Origin: an uncultured Candidatus Saccharibacteria bacterium
Lineage (GTDB): Bacteria; Patescibacteriota; Minisyncoccia; Phycocordibacterales; UBA9973
Length of the DNA: 64,000 nucleotides
Assembly: GCA_964599225.1 (NCBI GenBank)
Contig: CAZRDO010000003.1
Coordinates: 8,066-72,065, forward strand
Reading direction: 5' to 3'
The translations under genes were made by a program, and so were the position numbers. Of this stretch, positions 19,794 to 29,509 are shown piece by piece. Position 1 is the first letter of the stretch. Every line of letters begins with the position of its first letter. Below the pieces are notes generated by a model that was not told the DNA's origin, did no database searches, and saw only the letters and a program-made list of their open reading frames with translations.

Positions 19794-20059
19794 ATTAATG
19801 CGCGTATTTGATTATAAATACTTAAAAGTAGCGCAGCGGTTCCGAAGCCATAGAGTGCATAGATCGCGATACCTTGAATCCAGTCTTGTCCATATTCTTT
19901 CCAATGCCAGAAAAGAAAAATTGATATGAAAATTATGACCAGTGCGATTAGATAAAATAAATAGATAAAGCCATGTGGTAGGAAAGTTTGTAGCCACGGA
20001 GTGCCGTCAATCGAAAACTGAGGAAGTGCTCCAGAGAGATCGGGAAGTGTCGGATTCAT
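19790..20059 (-). CDS. Small 2-TM hypothetical protein
   Basis: Two hydrophobic helices, WHWKEYG; overlaps the next gene by 4 nt. Confidence 0.65.
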   Translation of the reverse strand: MNPTLPDLSGALPQFSIDGTPWLQTFLPHGFIYLFYLIALVIIFISIFLFWHWKEYGQDWIQGIAIYALYGFGTAALLLSIYNQIRALI

Positions 20060-20089
20060 GAAGATATTTTAGCATATGAGCTTCGGTAC

Positions 20090-20117
20090 TTGTCATAATA
20101 TGGTAATTGCCTATAAT
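20090..20117 (+). promoter_or_regulatory. ileS promoter
   Basis: TTGTCA-16 nt-TATAAT just before the T-box leader. Confidence 0.7.
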
Positions 20118-20123
20118 GAGGGA

Positions 20124-20369
20124 AAGCACTGACGAGGCCCCGCCCCAGAAATCCGCTCAGACAGATTCGGGCAGGCATCACCTCTGAGCTCGCCGTAGGC
20201 GAGTAGGCTTCAGGAAGAATGCCCTAAAACATTTGATGACAAATGTTCGGGTACATAGAACCTGACGGGTAAACCCGTAATAGTTGTAACAAGAAGTAAG
20301 TAAGGTGGTACCACGAGGAAACTCGTCCTTATCCAATCAAGATTATTGGTTGTATGAGGACGAGTTTTT
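20124..20369 (+). ncRNA. T-box riboswitch (ileS type, ultrashort stem I, AUC specifier)
   Basis: GCACTGACGAGG..ATCACCTCTGAGC stem I; TCAGGAAGAA...TAGAACCTGA stem II; CGGGTAAACCCG stem IIA; TAAGG-TGGTACC-ACGAG antiterminator; AACTCGTCCTTA...TGAGGACGAGTTTTT terminator. Confidence 0.9.
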
Positions 20370-20371
20370 AT

Positions 20372-23300
20372 ATGGAAGAAAAAACAGAAAACAAAAAATC
20401 AGAATCAGTGCTTCGCGAAGAAGCGGTTTTAAAGTTTTGGCAGGAAAATGAAATTTTCAAAAAATCCCTCAAAAAAGACTCCCCAAAAGGTAACTATGTA
20501 TTCTACGATGGACCTCCTTTTGCGACAGGATTGCCACATTATGGACACATTCTTGGTTCAACGGCAAAAGATGTTGTGGGACGATACCAAACTATGCAAG
20601 GCTATCGGGTGCCAAGGCGTTGGGGATGGGATTGTCATGGACTTCCAATTGAAAATATTGTTGAGAAAGATTTAAAAGTTTCTGGACACAAAGAAATTGA
20701 AGCGCTTGGAGTAAAGCAGTTTGTTGAGCACGCACGAAGCAAGGTACTTACCTATGTGCACGATTGGAAGAGGACAGTGGACCGTATAGGTCGCTGGGTT
20801 GATTTCGAAGGTGGCTATAAAACAATGGATAATACATTCATTGAAAGTGTGTGGTGGGCGCTTGCTGAACTTCAAAAAAAGAATCTTCTCTACGAAGGCG
20901 TGCGAGTGTTGGCATACTGTCCGCGTTGTGAAACTCCGATTGCCAATTCAGAAATCGCCATGGATAATAGTTACAAAGACATTACTGATATTTCAGTGTA
21001 TGTGAAATTTGAACTTGTCGATGAGTCAGGAACATATTTACTTGCTTGGACAACAACACCTTGGACACTGCCGGGGAATACAGCGATTGCAATTAACAAG
21101 GATACGATTTATATCAAAGCCAAAGTTGGCGAAGATACTGTAATTCTCGCAAAAGAGTTAGTTGAAAAAGTGCTTGGTGAGAAGGAATTTACAATGGTAG
21201 AAGAATTTTCTGGTGCGACACTTATTGGTAAAAAATACAAACCAGTTTTTTCATATTTTGAAAACAAAGAAATACAGAATAAAGAAAATATTTGGAAAGT
21301 CTGGCATGCGGATTTTGTAACAACTGAAAAAGGAACAGGTATTGCTCATATGGCGCCAGCATTTGGAGAAGAAGACATGATGCTTGCGAAGAAAGAGAAT
21401 ATTCCTTGGATTATTCATGTTGACCCAACTGGTAAATTTACCGACGAAGTAACTGATTTTGCTGGGCAGTTAGTGAAGCCAAAATCTGATCAAAAAGATG
21501 GTCACCAAGCTACTGATATTGAAATAATAAAATATCTAGCACATCGAGGTTCATTATTTGCAAAAGAAAAAATAATCCACTCATATCCGCACTGCTACCG
21601 CTGTGAAACACCACTTTATTATTACGCTCTCCCATCATGGTTTGTGAATATTCAGAGTGCAAAAGCTCAGATTCTTGAAAAAGCCAAGGAAATGAATTGG
21701 GTACCTGAGTATTTGAAAGACGGACGATTCCACAATATTCTCGAAGGAGCACCTGATTGGACTATTTCACGCAATCGGTATTGGGCAAGCCCTTTGCCAT
21801 TTTGGAAGTCTAAGAATGGGGATCTAATGGTCGTTAGCTCACTAGAAGAATTGAAAAAGAAGACAAAGAAATCTGGAAATAAGTATTTCGTCATGCGCCA
21901 TGGCGGTACCGAGGGTAATGCCAAGGGTGTTATTAGTTTCAAATATCAAGAAAGTGATAATTTAACAGAAGAAGGTAAAACGCAAGTTGAAAGGACTGTG
22001 GAGGCACTACAGCATGAAAAGATCGATCTTATTATTTCTTCACCGTTTACGCGCACCAGAGAAACAACAGAGATTTTGCGTGAAAAGCTTGATCTCTCAG
22101 ACGATCAGATCATCTTCGCTGACGAATTGCATGAAATCGATGGCGGGGATTTTGATGGGAAAACCTGGGAAGAATATCATCAATATATTTTGCAAATGGG
22201 TGAAGATTGGTTTGTAGAGAAGATTCCTGGTGGTGAATCACTCAAAGATGTGGGCAAGCGAACAGGCAAAGTATTGTATGAATTAGAAAATAATTATAAA
22301 GACAAAAATATTTTGATTGTGACGCACGGGGGTCCCGCCTGGGCACTCTTTGTGAATGCTGGATTATTTAGTCCAGTAAATAAAGAATACCAGCCGGCAA
22401 ATTCTCATGTGTTTGTGCCAGAATTTAAACGCTTTCATAATGCCGAGGTGCGAACATTGCCGTTTGTACCACTTCCTCACAACGATAATTACGAACTTGA
22501 TATTCATCGTCCCTACATCGATGAGATTACACTTGTTGATGAAGGTGGAGAGGAATATCATCGAATACCTGAAGTGATTGATTGTTGGTTTGAATCAGGC
22601 TCAATGCCATTCGCTCAAGATCACTATCCTTTTGAACGACCAAACTGGCCAGAAGAAAATTTCCCAGCGGACTTTGTTGCAGAATATATTGCCCAGACTA
22701 GGACGTGGTTTTACTATACGCATGTGCTCTCAACAATCCTGTTTGATCATGCGCCATTTAAACATGTCGTTACAACTGGAACACTGCTTGCCGAAGATGG
22801 AGAGAAAATGTCTAAATCAAAAGGTAATTATCCTGATCCTTGGATTTTGTTTGATAAATATGGTGTTGACGCACTACGACTTTTTCTTATGGGGAGTCCA
22901 CTGATGAGAGGAGAAGACATGAATTTCTCAGAAAAAGCAGTTGATGACATTTATAAAAAGATTGTATCTCGACTCAATAATGTTTTAGTTTTTTACGAAC
23001 TTTATCGAGAAATAGGAATCGAAAACGAAAAAGCGAAAATCGAAAGCGAAAATGTGCTTGATCAATGGATTATAGCGAGACTCAATCAGACCATGACTGA
23101 AGTGACAATACATATGAATATGTATCAATTAACTGAAGCAGTACGACCTTTTGATCTATTTGTTGATGATCTATCAACATGGTACCTCCGTCGTTCTCGT
23201 GATCGAATCAAAGATGGTGATACTGAAGCCAAAGCCACACTCTATTATGTAATAAAAACCCTCGCACAAATTATGGCACCGTTTGCCCCATTTACGGCCG

Positions 23301-23857
23301 AAGATATCTGGAGACGATTGAGAAGTGGTGAAGATGAAGAAAGTGTACACCTAACAAAGTGGCCAGAAATAAGTCAAAAGTCGAAGGTCGAAATCGAAAA
23401 GTTGTTAGAAGAAATGCAGGTTGTGAGAGATCTTTGTACTGTTGGAAATGCACTTCGCAAGAAATCTAATATACCACTTCGCCAGCCACTTGCGTTTTTC
23501 TTTGTGACTGAAGATTTAACGGATGAATTCAAAGAAATTATCAAAGATGAGCTCAATGTCAAAGCAGTCGAGAAGGGGACTGTGATTATATTCGATGAGC
23601 GAATTACGCCAGAACTCAAAGCAGAAGGAGATTATCGTGAATTTGTTCGCGGAGTTCAGGAGTTACGCAAAAAGGCTGGACTCACGCCAAGTGACCGAGT
23701 TACGGTAACACTTTCAGCTAATGCAGAGCCACTGGTGAGACAATTTATGGAAGACTTCAAGAAAACAGTGTTGGCTGATAAAGTTGTCTTTACAGAGAAT
23801 GATGGAGAAAAAGTGAAGACAGGTGAAGATGAGTTTAGTGTTACACTCGAAAAATAA
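20372..23857 (+). CDS. ileS: Isoleucine--tRNA ligase (type 2) with inserted histidine-phosphatase domain
   Basis: DGPPFATGLPHYGH, GWDCHGLP, WTTTPWT, KMSKS; insert carries MRHG, SSP..R..ET, VTHG. Confidence 0.96.
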   Translation: MEEKTENKKSESVLREEAVLKFWQENEIFKKSLKKDSPKGNYVFYDGPPFATGLPHYGHILGSTAKDVVGRYQTMQGYRVPRRWGWDCHGLPIENIVEKDLKVSGHKEIEALGVKQFVEHARSKVLTYVHDWKRTVDRIGRWVDFEGGYKTMDNTFIESVWWALAELQKKNLLYEGVRVLAYCPRCETPIANSEIAMDNSYKDITDISVYVKFELVDESGTYLLAWTTTPWTLPGNTAIAINKDTIYIKAKVGEDTVILAKELVEKVLGEKEFTMVEEFSGATLIGKKYKPVFSYFENKEIQNKENIWKVWHADFVTTEKGTGIAHMAPAFGEEDMMLAKKENIPWIIHVDPTGKFTDEVTDFAGQLVKPKSDQKDGHQATDIEIIKYLAHRGSLFAKEKIIHSYPHCYRCETPLYYYALPSWFVNIQSAKAQILEKAKEMNWVPEYLKDGRFHNILEGAPDWTISRNRYWASPLPFWKSKNGDLMVVSSLEELKKKTKKSGNKYFVMRHGGTEGNAKGVISFKYQESDNLTEEGKTQVERTVEALQHEKIDLIISSPFTRTRETTEILREKLDLSDDQIIFADELHEIDGGDFDGKTWEEYHQYILQMGEDWFVEKIPGGESLKDVGKRTGKVLYELENNYKDKNILIVTHGGPAWALFVNAGLFSPVNKEYQPANSHVFVPEFKRFHNAEVRTLPFVPLPHNDNYELDIHRPYIDEITLVDEGGEEYHRIPEVIDCWFESGSMPFAQDHYPFERPNWPEENFPADFVAEYIAQTRTWFYYTHVLSTILFDHAPFKHVVTTGTLLAEDGEKMSKSKGNYPDPWILFDKYGVDALRLFLMGSPLMRGEDMNFSEKAVDDIYKKIVSRLNNVLVFYELYREIGIENEKAKIESENVLDQWIIARLNQTMTEVTIHMNMYQLTEAVRPFDLFVDDLSTWYLRRSRDRIKDGDTEAKATLYYVIKTLAQIMAPFAPFTAEDIWRRLRSGEDEESVHLTKWPEISQKSKVEIEKLLEEMQVVRDLCTVGNALRKKSNIPLRQPLAFFFVTEDLTDEFKEIIKDELNVKAVEKGTVIIFDERITPELKAEGDYREFVRGVQELRKKAGLTPSDRVTVTLSANAEPLVRQFMEDFKKTVLADKVVFTENDGEKVKTGEDEFSVTLEK

Positions 23858-23858
23858 T

Positions 23859-24185
23859 ATGAAAAAATTCCTTGTAGTCATTCTTGTACTTATTAATGTT
23901 TATGTCATATATACGGGCTATAAAATATTCTTTTGGGAACCAAAGGTTGTCTCAGAGGCACCACAAGACTTCTGCCTTACTACTCCCACTTCTCCATTTA
24001 TTGGAACTAATATATTCACTGGTGAATGTCATTACTGGCCCGGCTCATCTTGTCTAATAAGCAAGAATATACCATGGTGGTATAAAGGTAGCTGTTCACA
24101 AGAAGGTTTAGAGAGTGTCTCAAAAGAAATAGGGATTTCAATCGAAAGTTTACAAAGATTAAATTTACAGCCTGGACGTTTCTAA
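23859..24185 (+). CDS. Membrane-anchored small Cys-rich protein
   Basis: TM then C...NIFTGEC....C...PWWY..C. Confidence 0.6.
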   Translation: MKKFLVVILVLINVYVIYTGYKIFFWEPKVVSEAPQDFCLTTPTSPFIGTNIFTGECHYWPGSSCLISKNIPWWYKGSCSQEGLESVSKEIGISIESLQRLNLQPGRF

Positions 24186-24187
24186 AT

Positions 24188-24796
24188 ATGAAAGCAATCC
24201 TTTTTGATTTTGATGGAGTGCTCGTGAACACATTACCAATGTGTTTTGAGATAAATCGAGAAAAGAATCCTAATTTCACCTTCGAACAGTATCAAGATAT
24301 GTCAAACGGTAATTTCTATGTTTCGTACGTTGAACATAGCGCTAAGGGTCTTTATGTTGCTCATGACGACTACCACAAACAATATGCAAAACATCTCATA
24401 CAATACCAAGTTCCAGAAGAATTAAAGAGGCTCATTATAGAATTGAAAGATAAGTTTCTCTTGGCCATTATTACTTCTGGGGACACCTCGGCAATTAGTA
24501 CACTACTAGAAAAAGAAAATATACGTTCATATTTTTCTGAACTACTTGGATACGATTTTCATACTGATAAAACTCATAAGATTTTGCATGTACTCAAGCA
24601 GTATTCAATTGAACCACATAATACTGTGTTTATTACCGATACGCTCGGGGATATTCTTGAAGCAGAGAAAGCGGGAGTCTCAGCAATCGCAGTGACCTGG
24701 GGTCTTCATGATAGAGATAGACTTAAGAAAGGTAAGCCTATCACTATTGTTGATACAGTTGGAGAATTAGAAACTAAAATTAAAGAAGTATTGTGA
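24188..24796 (+). CDS. HAD-family phosphatase
   Basis: ILFDFDGVL, ITS, K, TD...DI, VTWG. Confidence 0.9.
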   Translation: MKAILFDFDGVLVNTLPMCFEINREKNPNFTFEQYQDMSNGNFYVSYVEHSAKGLYVAHDDYHKQYAKHLIQYQVPEELKRLIIELKDKFLLAIITSGDTSAISTLLEKENIRSYFSELLGYDFHTDKTHKILHVLKQYSIEPHNTVFITDTLGDILEAEKAGVSAIAVTWGLHDRDRLKKGKPITIVDTVGELETKIKEVL

Positions 24797-25608
24797 TGAA
24801 ATCACTCAAATTCCAACCGCATCTCCGAGATCCGATTTTAGATGGTAGCAAAACTATAACCTGGCGATTTTTTGACGATAAAGATATACAAGTTGGTGAC
24901 GAATTAGAATTCTTTGTCAGTGGCGATGATCGATCATTTGGTCACGTAAGTGTGATAAAAATTGAGAGTAAAAAAGTTGGTGAGCTTACCCAAGATGAAA
25001 TGAGTGCTCATGGCTACCATTCAATCGAAGAAGTTATTGAGGCACACAACACTTACTATGGCGGCAAGATAACAGAGGAGACTCCACTAAAAATAATTTA
25101 CTTCTCCCGAGTCAAAGATCCATATCAAGTAGTGAATCCGTATAAGTATTCTCCAGAAGAAATTGCTAAGCTTCCTATAGCCAAAAAAGTCCGTGCAGCA
25201 GTTTTCTTAGACGAAAATACACTTATCTGTACTGAAGAAGAAAATATGGAACAGATGGTGCTTGGAATGCCAGGTGGAGGTATTGAGGAAGGGGAGGATA
25301 ATGAGAGTGCACTTCGACGTGAGGTGAGGGAAGAGGTGGGTTATGAAATTAAGAATATTTCATTCCTTGGCACAATAGAGGCTGTAAGAGAGTCTTATAG
25401 ATCTGTCACACTCTGTTACCAGTGTGAAGTAGAGGGTGTAGCTGGAGAGCTTAAGCCCACCGAAAAAGAGATTAGAGCCAAAACCCATCCAGTAATTGTG
25501 AAAACCAAGGAAGCTCATATGAGATGTAAAAATGAGTATGAAAAATATGGAACATTTCACTCAATTCGATCTGTGTTTATACTTGAACATTTAAAAAAGA
25601 ATACTTGA
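24793..25608 (+). CDS. ASCH domain plus NUDIX hydrolase fusion
   Basis: ILDGSKTITWR (ASCH); PGGGIEEGEDNESALRREVREEVG (Nudix box). Confidence 0.85.
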   Translation: MMKSLKFQPHLRDPILDGSKTITWRFFDDKDIQVGDELEFFVSGDDRSFGHVSVIKIESKKVGELTQDEMSAHGYHSIEEVIEAHNTYYGGKITEETPLKIIYFSRVKDPYQVVNPYKYSPEEIAKLPIAKKVRAAVFLDENTLICTEEENMEQMVLGMPGGGIEEGEDNESALRREVREEVGYEIKNISFLGTIEAVRESYRSVTLCYQCEVEGVAGELKPTEKEIRAKTHPVIVKTKEAHMRCKNEYEKYGTFHSIRSVFILEHLKKNT

Positions 25609-25654
25609 TTATAATTTTTACTATAAAAACATAATTTTCCGCTATAATATAGAC

Positions 25655-26857
25655 ATGAAAAAGCTTTTTGGAATACTTCTCATCGCTGTAGTTGTCGTAG
25701 GCATCTTGTTGATCGTCAAGGACAATACTACACCTCTCATCGAGCCCATAGTCTCGTATGACTTGAGTTCGCTGGATGTATTTAGTAAGCCACTTTCTGA
25801 ATCAGGAATACGAGCTGATTCGATTGGATTTACCTCATTTTCTCCAAGTGGGCACTATTTTATGTTTGTTGCCTTTAATGAAGCAATGACGCTAGGAAAT
25901 CAGACATTTGTCGTTGATTTAAGTTCTGGTTCAATTGTTAATCCAGAAGGTGTACCACAGCGCGGTTTCACTACGGCAAATGGCGACACATTAGAACTCT
26001 TCACGTCTAACGGTTTGGTACTCTATGATCCAAAAAATGATCCAGTGGTACCAGGGAAAGCGATTCCAAATTCAAAAGAGATTTTTGGTGGTGCACTTTC
26101 ACCAAACGGAAACTATTTCATTATGAATGGAAGTGACGGTGTGAGCTTGTACGATATGCACACTAAATCCGTGAGAGAGATCGGAGGGGGAAAGTATGAT
26201 GGGGCGCATGTATGGTTTTCTGATAATGCTCGAATACTTGGATATCGAGAAACTGATGAGAATCTCTTTGAAGCAGGCAAGGGTAGGGAGCTCGGCATTT
26301 GGAATATTGATGGAACGTTTTCCAAATTTCCCATCGAGGTTCCGGTGCACGTCATTGGTCTCATTGAATGGGTCGTGCCAGAGAAAATTGCTCGAGTGAA
26401 TGCTGGTTACGATGATGGCTCATTTGACTACCTTATCAATCTCGAGGCCAACACAGTTGCGAGTCTTGGCGACACCAGCGGTGCGATTATAGGTGGTATT
26501 GAAGTCGATGTGAAGAATGGAGTAGTCGGAGTACTTGGCGCATTTGAAGGCTCGGCAAATTATCTGAAAATGTTTGGAAGTGATGGTGCACTTTTGTATA
26601 AAATGACACTCGACCCACTGAAACTTTACAAAGATTTGCAAATTGTATCAAAAGACGAGGTGCTTTATCTTGAAAGCACAGTTCCATCAAATGGAGTTGG
26701 TAAAGATACTCTTCTTGTTAGACATAATCTTAAAACCAACCAAAAGAGTATTCTCAAAACATTTACAGATTCAAACTTCGTCTCACTCTCACTTCATCCC
26801 GATCATGTGACCTGGATAGTTTCAGATGGAACTGCCTTTTCATTGGGTAAATTATAA
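25655..26857 (+). CDS. Anchored beta-propeller (TolB/WD40-like) protein
   Basis: N-terminal TM; repeated FSPSG, LSPNG, WFSD, LHPD blades. Confidence 0.6.
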   Translation: MKKLFGILLIAVVVVGILLIVKDNTTPLIEPIVSYDLSSLDVFSKPLSESGIRADSIGFTSFSPSGHYFMFVAFNEAMTLGNQTFVVDLSSGSIVNPEGVPQRGFTTANGDTLELFTSNGLVLYDPKNDPVVPGKAIPNSKEIFGGALSPNGNYFIMNGSDGVSLYDMHTKSVREIGGGKYDGAHVWFSDNARILGYRETDENLFEAGKGRELGIWNIDGTFSKFPIEVPVHVIGLIEWVVPEKIARVNAGYDDGSFDYLINLEANTVASLGDTSGAIIGGIEVDVKNGVVGVLGAFEGSANYLKMFGSDGALLYKMTLDPLKLYKDLQIVSKDEVLYLESTVPSNGVGKDTLLVRHNLKTNQKSILKTFTDSNFVSLSLHPDHVTWIVSDGTAFSLGKL

Positions 26858-26909
26858 ACCATGTTAGCTTAGTTCTTTTGAGACCTGGGTGGTAAAATTA
26901 CTGAACTAT

Positions 26910-27497
26910 ATGCATCAGATTTACCACACCGAAGCGTTTATATTGAAATCAAGCAATGTCCGCGAAGCTGACAAGGTGATGTATTTGTATACTCGAGAAC
27001 TCGGACTAGTACGAGCAACCGCGCAAGGAATTAGAAAAATAGGCTCAAAACTTCGCTTTGCACTGCAGGATTTTACGTATGCAAAGGTTGATCTTGTTCG
27101 TGGCCGTGCTTCGTGGCGTGTTACTTCAGCTCAGCCGGTAGATTCGCTAGTGTATATCAAAAAGAATCAAGCTTCGTATACTATCATGCACAATACCTCA
27201 CGTCTTCTTTTGAGTTTGGTGCAGGGAGAAGAGGCACATGAGAAAATATTTAATGATCTTAAGCAGGCACTCTTTTTTCTCAATCATATCCATGTGTCAC
27301 GTGGAGAGCGTCGGGCAACAGAATTGTCGCTCGTACTTCGGATCCTCCATCACCTCGGCTATATTAGTGGTAAAGATGACATGACTCCAATTACCATGCA
27401 TGAGTATGTGGAAGAGACACTCCAGTACGCCCAAGAAAAAGAACTGGCTATTGTTTCTGAAATCAATAGGGCATTAAAGGCTAGTCAGCTTTTGTAA
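26910..27497 (+). CDS. recO: DNA repair protein RecO
   Basis: TEAFILK...EADK....YTRELG.V...AQGIRK..SKL. Confidence 0.9.
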   Translation: MHQIYHTEAFILKSSNVREADKVMYLYTRELGLVRATAQGIRKIGSKLRFALQDFTYAKVDLVRGRASWRVTSAQPVDSLVYIKKNQASYTIMHNTSRLLLSLVQGEEAHEKIFNDLKQALFFLNHIHVSRGERRATELSLVLRILHHLGYISGKDDMTPITMHEYVEETLQYAQEKELAIVSEINRALKASQLL

Positions 27498-27565
27498 ATT
27501 TCAAGAGCGCAAGATGTGACTTTCTACCATGTAATTCATGTGTAAATTATGCTATACTCGGCGAC

Positions 27566-29479
27566 ATGGACGAGGAGAAAAAACCGAGCAGAATTGAGGC
27601 TGTAAAACGATCACTCTATACCAAAGATGCTGTACTAGCGAGAAAAGATGGCGTACTACACCCTCAGTCGTTTGATGCACCTCGAACCTGGAAGGACGAC
27701 ACCGTGAAAAAACCAGAATCTACAACTCTCAAAATACCAAGCACTATCTATAAGAAGTTTTTTATAGGAGCACTAATTTTTTTTGTATTAGCGATCGCAT
27801 TCGGGGTCTTCACTTTTTTCCATGGCTCAAACACCGTTTCGAATGACGATATTGAAATTCATGTCATTGGTAATGCATTTGCCGCTGGTGGTGAATCACT
27901 ACCACTTCAGATTGAAGTCGTGAACAAAAATAATGTGCCACTGGAACTCGCTGATCTGATTGTTGAATCACCAAAAGGTGAGAGTGGAGAGACGAGTGGA
28001 GATTTTAATCGTCAGCGTTTCTCACTCGGCACTATAGCGGGTGGCAAAAGCAAAACTCAGAATGTTGAACTAACGCTCTTTGGTGCTGAAGGTGCTATGC
28101 GGACTATTAAGGCTACGATTGAATACCGCGTCAAAGGATCCAACGCAATCTTTGTCAAAGACACAACTTACCCTGTGACTATTAGTACCGCACCACTGAC
28201 GCTTCTCGTCGAAGGTCCTGAAAAATTAAGTTCAAATCAGAATTTTAATCTCTCGATCAAAGTCACTTCCAATGCCAAAGAAACACTTCATAATATTGTG
28301 CTTGAAGTGAAATATCCATTCGGATTCTCCTATAAGAGCGCAACTCCAAGTCCCTCATTTAACAACGACGGTTGGGCTCTGGGAGATTTAGCGCCGGGTA
28401 TTACTCGAACGATTACACTCACGGGAGTAATTATCGGTGAAGAAGGCGATGATCGGGCATTCCAAGTGTTAGCTGGTTCTGCCGATGAGAAGGATCTCTC
28501 TAAAATTGCGATTCCATTTAATTCAGTACTCCACACGACTACCATCGAAAAAGCATTTCTCGCGACTGATATTGTTGTCGGTGGTTCTCGAGATGAAAAT
28601 CCGGTTATTGAAAGTACTGAAGATGTAAATGTTTCAATTAACTGGGCCAACACGTTGCCTACAAAACTCTCAAATGTCGAAATCCATGCCAGTCTTTCTG
28701 GAAATGCAATTGATTTCAATTCAGTAGACACAACAGATGGATTTTATAACTCAAATACACACGAAGTACTCTTTGATGCAACATCGAATCATGAATTTAA
28801 ATCGCTTGAACCAGGCGATGAAGGTTCAGTTGCATTTAGTGTGCGCTCATTGCCACTTACCGGTGCTAATCAAACACTGATCGAAAATCCTACCATTACC
28901 ATCACACTCTCAGTCAAAGGCCAAGCCATTGCGGATGGTGGACAGACAAGCGAGGTCACAAATTTGATCACTCGCAATATCAAAGTCGCAACGGATCTTT
29001 CAATTCTTGCCAAGGCGCTCTACTTTACGGGACCATTTACCAATACCGGTTCTATTCCACCTAAAGCAGGAGCAAAAACTACCTATACGATTACCTGGAC
29101 GGTGACCAATACCGCCAATGCAGTCCGAAGTGGGATAGTTACTGCTACACTCCCGTCCTACATTACTTGGGAAGGCCATACGTCACCTTCGATTGAAGGA
29201 GTGACATTTGATCCAGGAAGCCATGTCGTCACATGGAAGGTTGGTGATATTGGTAAAGGTGCTGGTTTTATCAACGCACCACGCGAAGTTTCATTCCAAA
29301 TTGGACTGACCCCATCTACTTCACAGGTTGGATCAATTCCAGAACTTATTCGAGAGACAGTGCTCGAAGGCCAGGACACATTTACCAATACTCTTCTTGA
29401 AATCTCTCGGTCACGTCTGACTGCAACGCTATTCTCTGATCCAGGATTCCCAAGTGGGGGAGATCGAGTGACAAACTAA
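27566..29479 (+). CDS. Single-pass membrane protein with multiple Ig-like (DUF11-like) domains
   Basis: One TM, beta-rich repeats (YPFGFSY.SATP, W.LGDLAPG, W.VG.I). Confidence 0.65.
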   Translation: MDEEKKPSRIEAVKRSLYTKDAVLARKDGVLHPQSFDAPRTWKDDTVKKPESTTLKIPSTIYKKFFIGALIFFVLAIAFGVFTFFHGSNTVSNDDIEIHVIGNAFAAGGESLPLQIEVVNKNNVPLELADLIVESPKGESGETSGDFNRQRFSLGTIAGGKSKTQNVELTLFGAEGAMRTIKATIEYRVKGSNAIFVKDTTYPVTISTAPLTLLVEGPEKLSSNQNFNLSIKVTSNAKETLHNIVLEVKYPFGFSYKSATPSPSFNNDGWALGDLAPGITRTITLTGVIIGEEGDDRAFQVLAGSADEKDLSKIAIPFNSVLHTTTIEKAFLATDIVVGGSRDENPVIESTEDVNVSINWANTLPTKLSNVEIHASLSGNAIDFNSVDTTDGFYNSNTHEVLFDATSNHEFKSLEPGDEGSVAFSVRSLPLTGANQTLIENPTITITLSVKGQAIADGGQTSEVTNLITRNIKVATDLSILAKALYFTGPFTNTGSIPPKAGAKTTYTITWTVTNTANAVRSGIVTATLPSYITWEGHTSPSIEGVTFDPGSHVVTWKVGDIGKGAGFINAPREVSFQIGLTPSTSQVGSIPELIRETVLEGQDTFTNTLLEISRSRLTATLFSDPGFPSGGDRVTN

Positions 29480-29480
29480 A

Positions 29481-29508
29481 AATTACAAATTATTAATTAC
29501 GAATTACG
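29481..29508 (+). repeat. 7-nt-period repeat before glyS
   Basis: AATTACA AATTATT AATTACG AATTACG, then A-ATG. Confidence 0.7.
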
Positions 29509-29509
29509 A

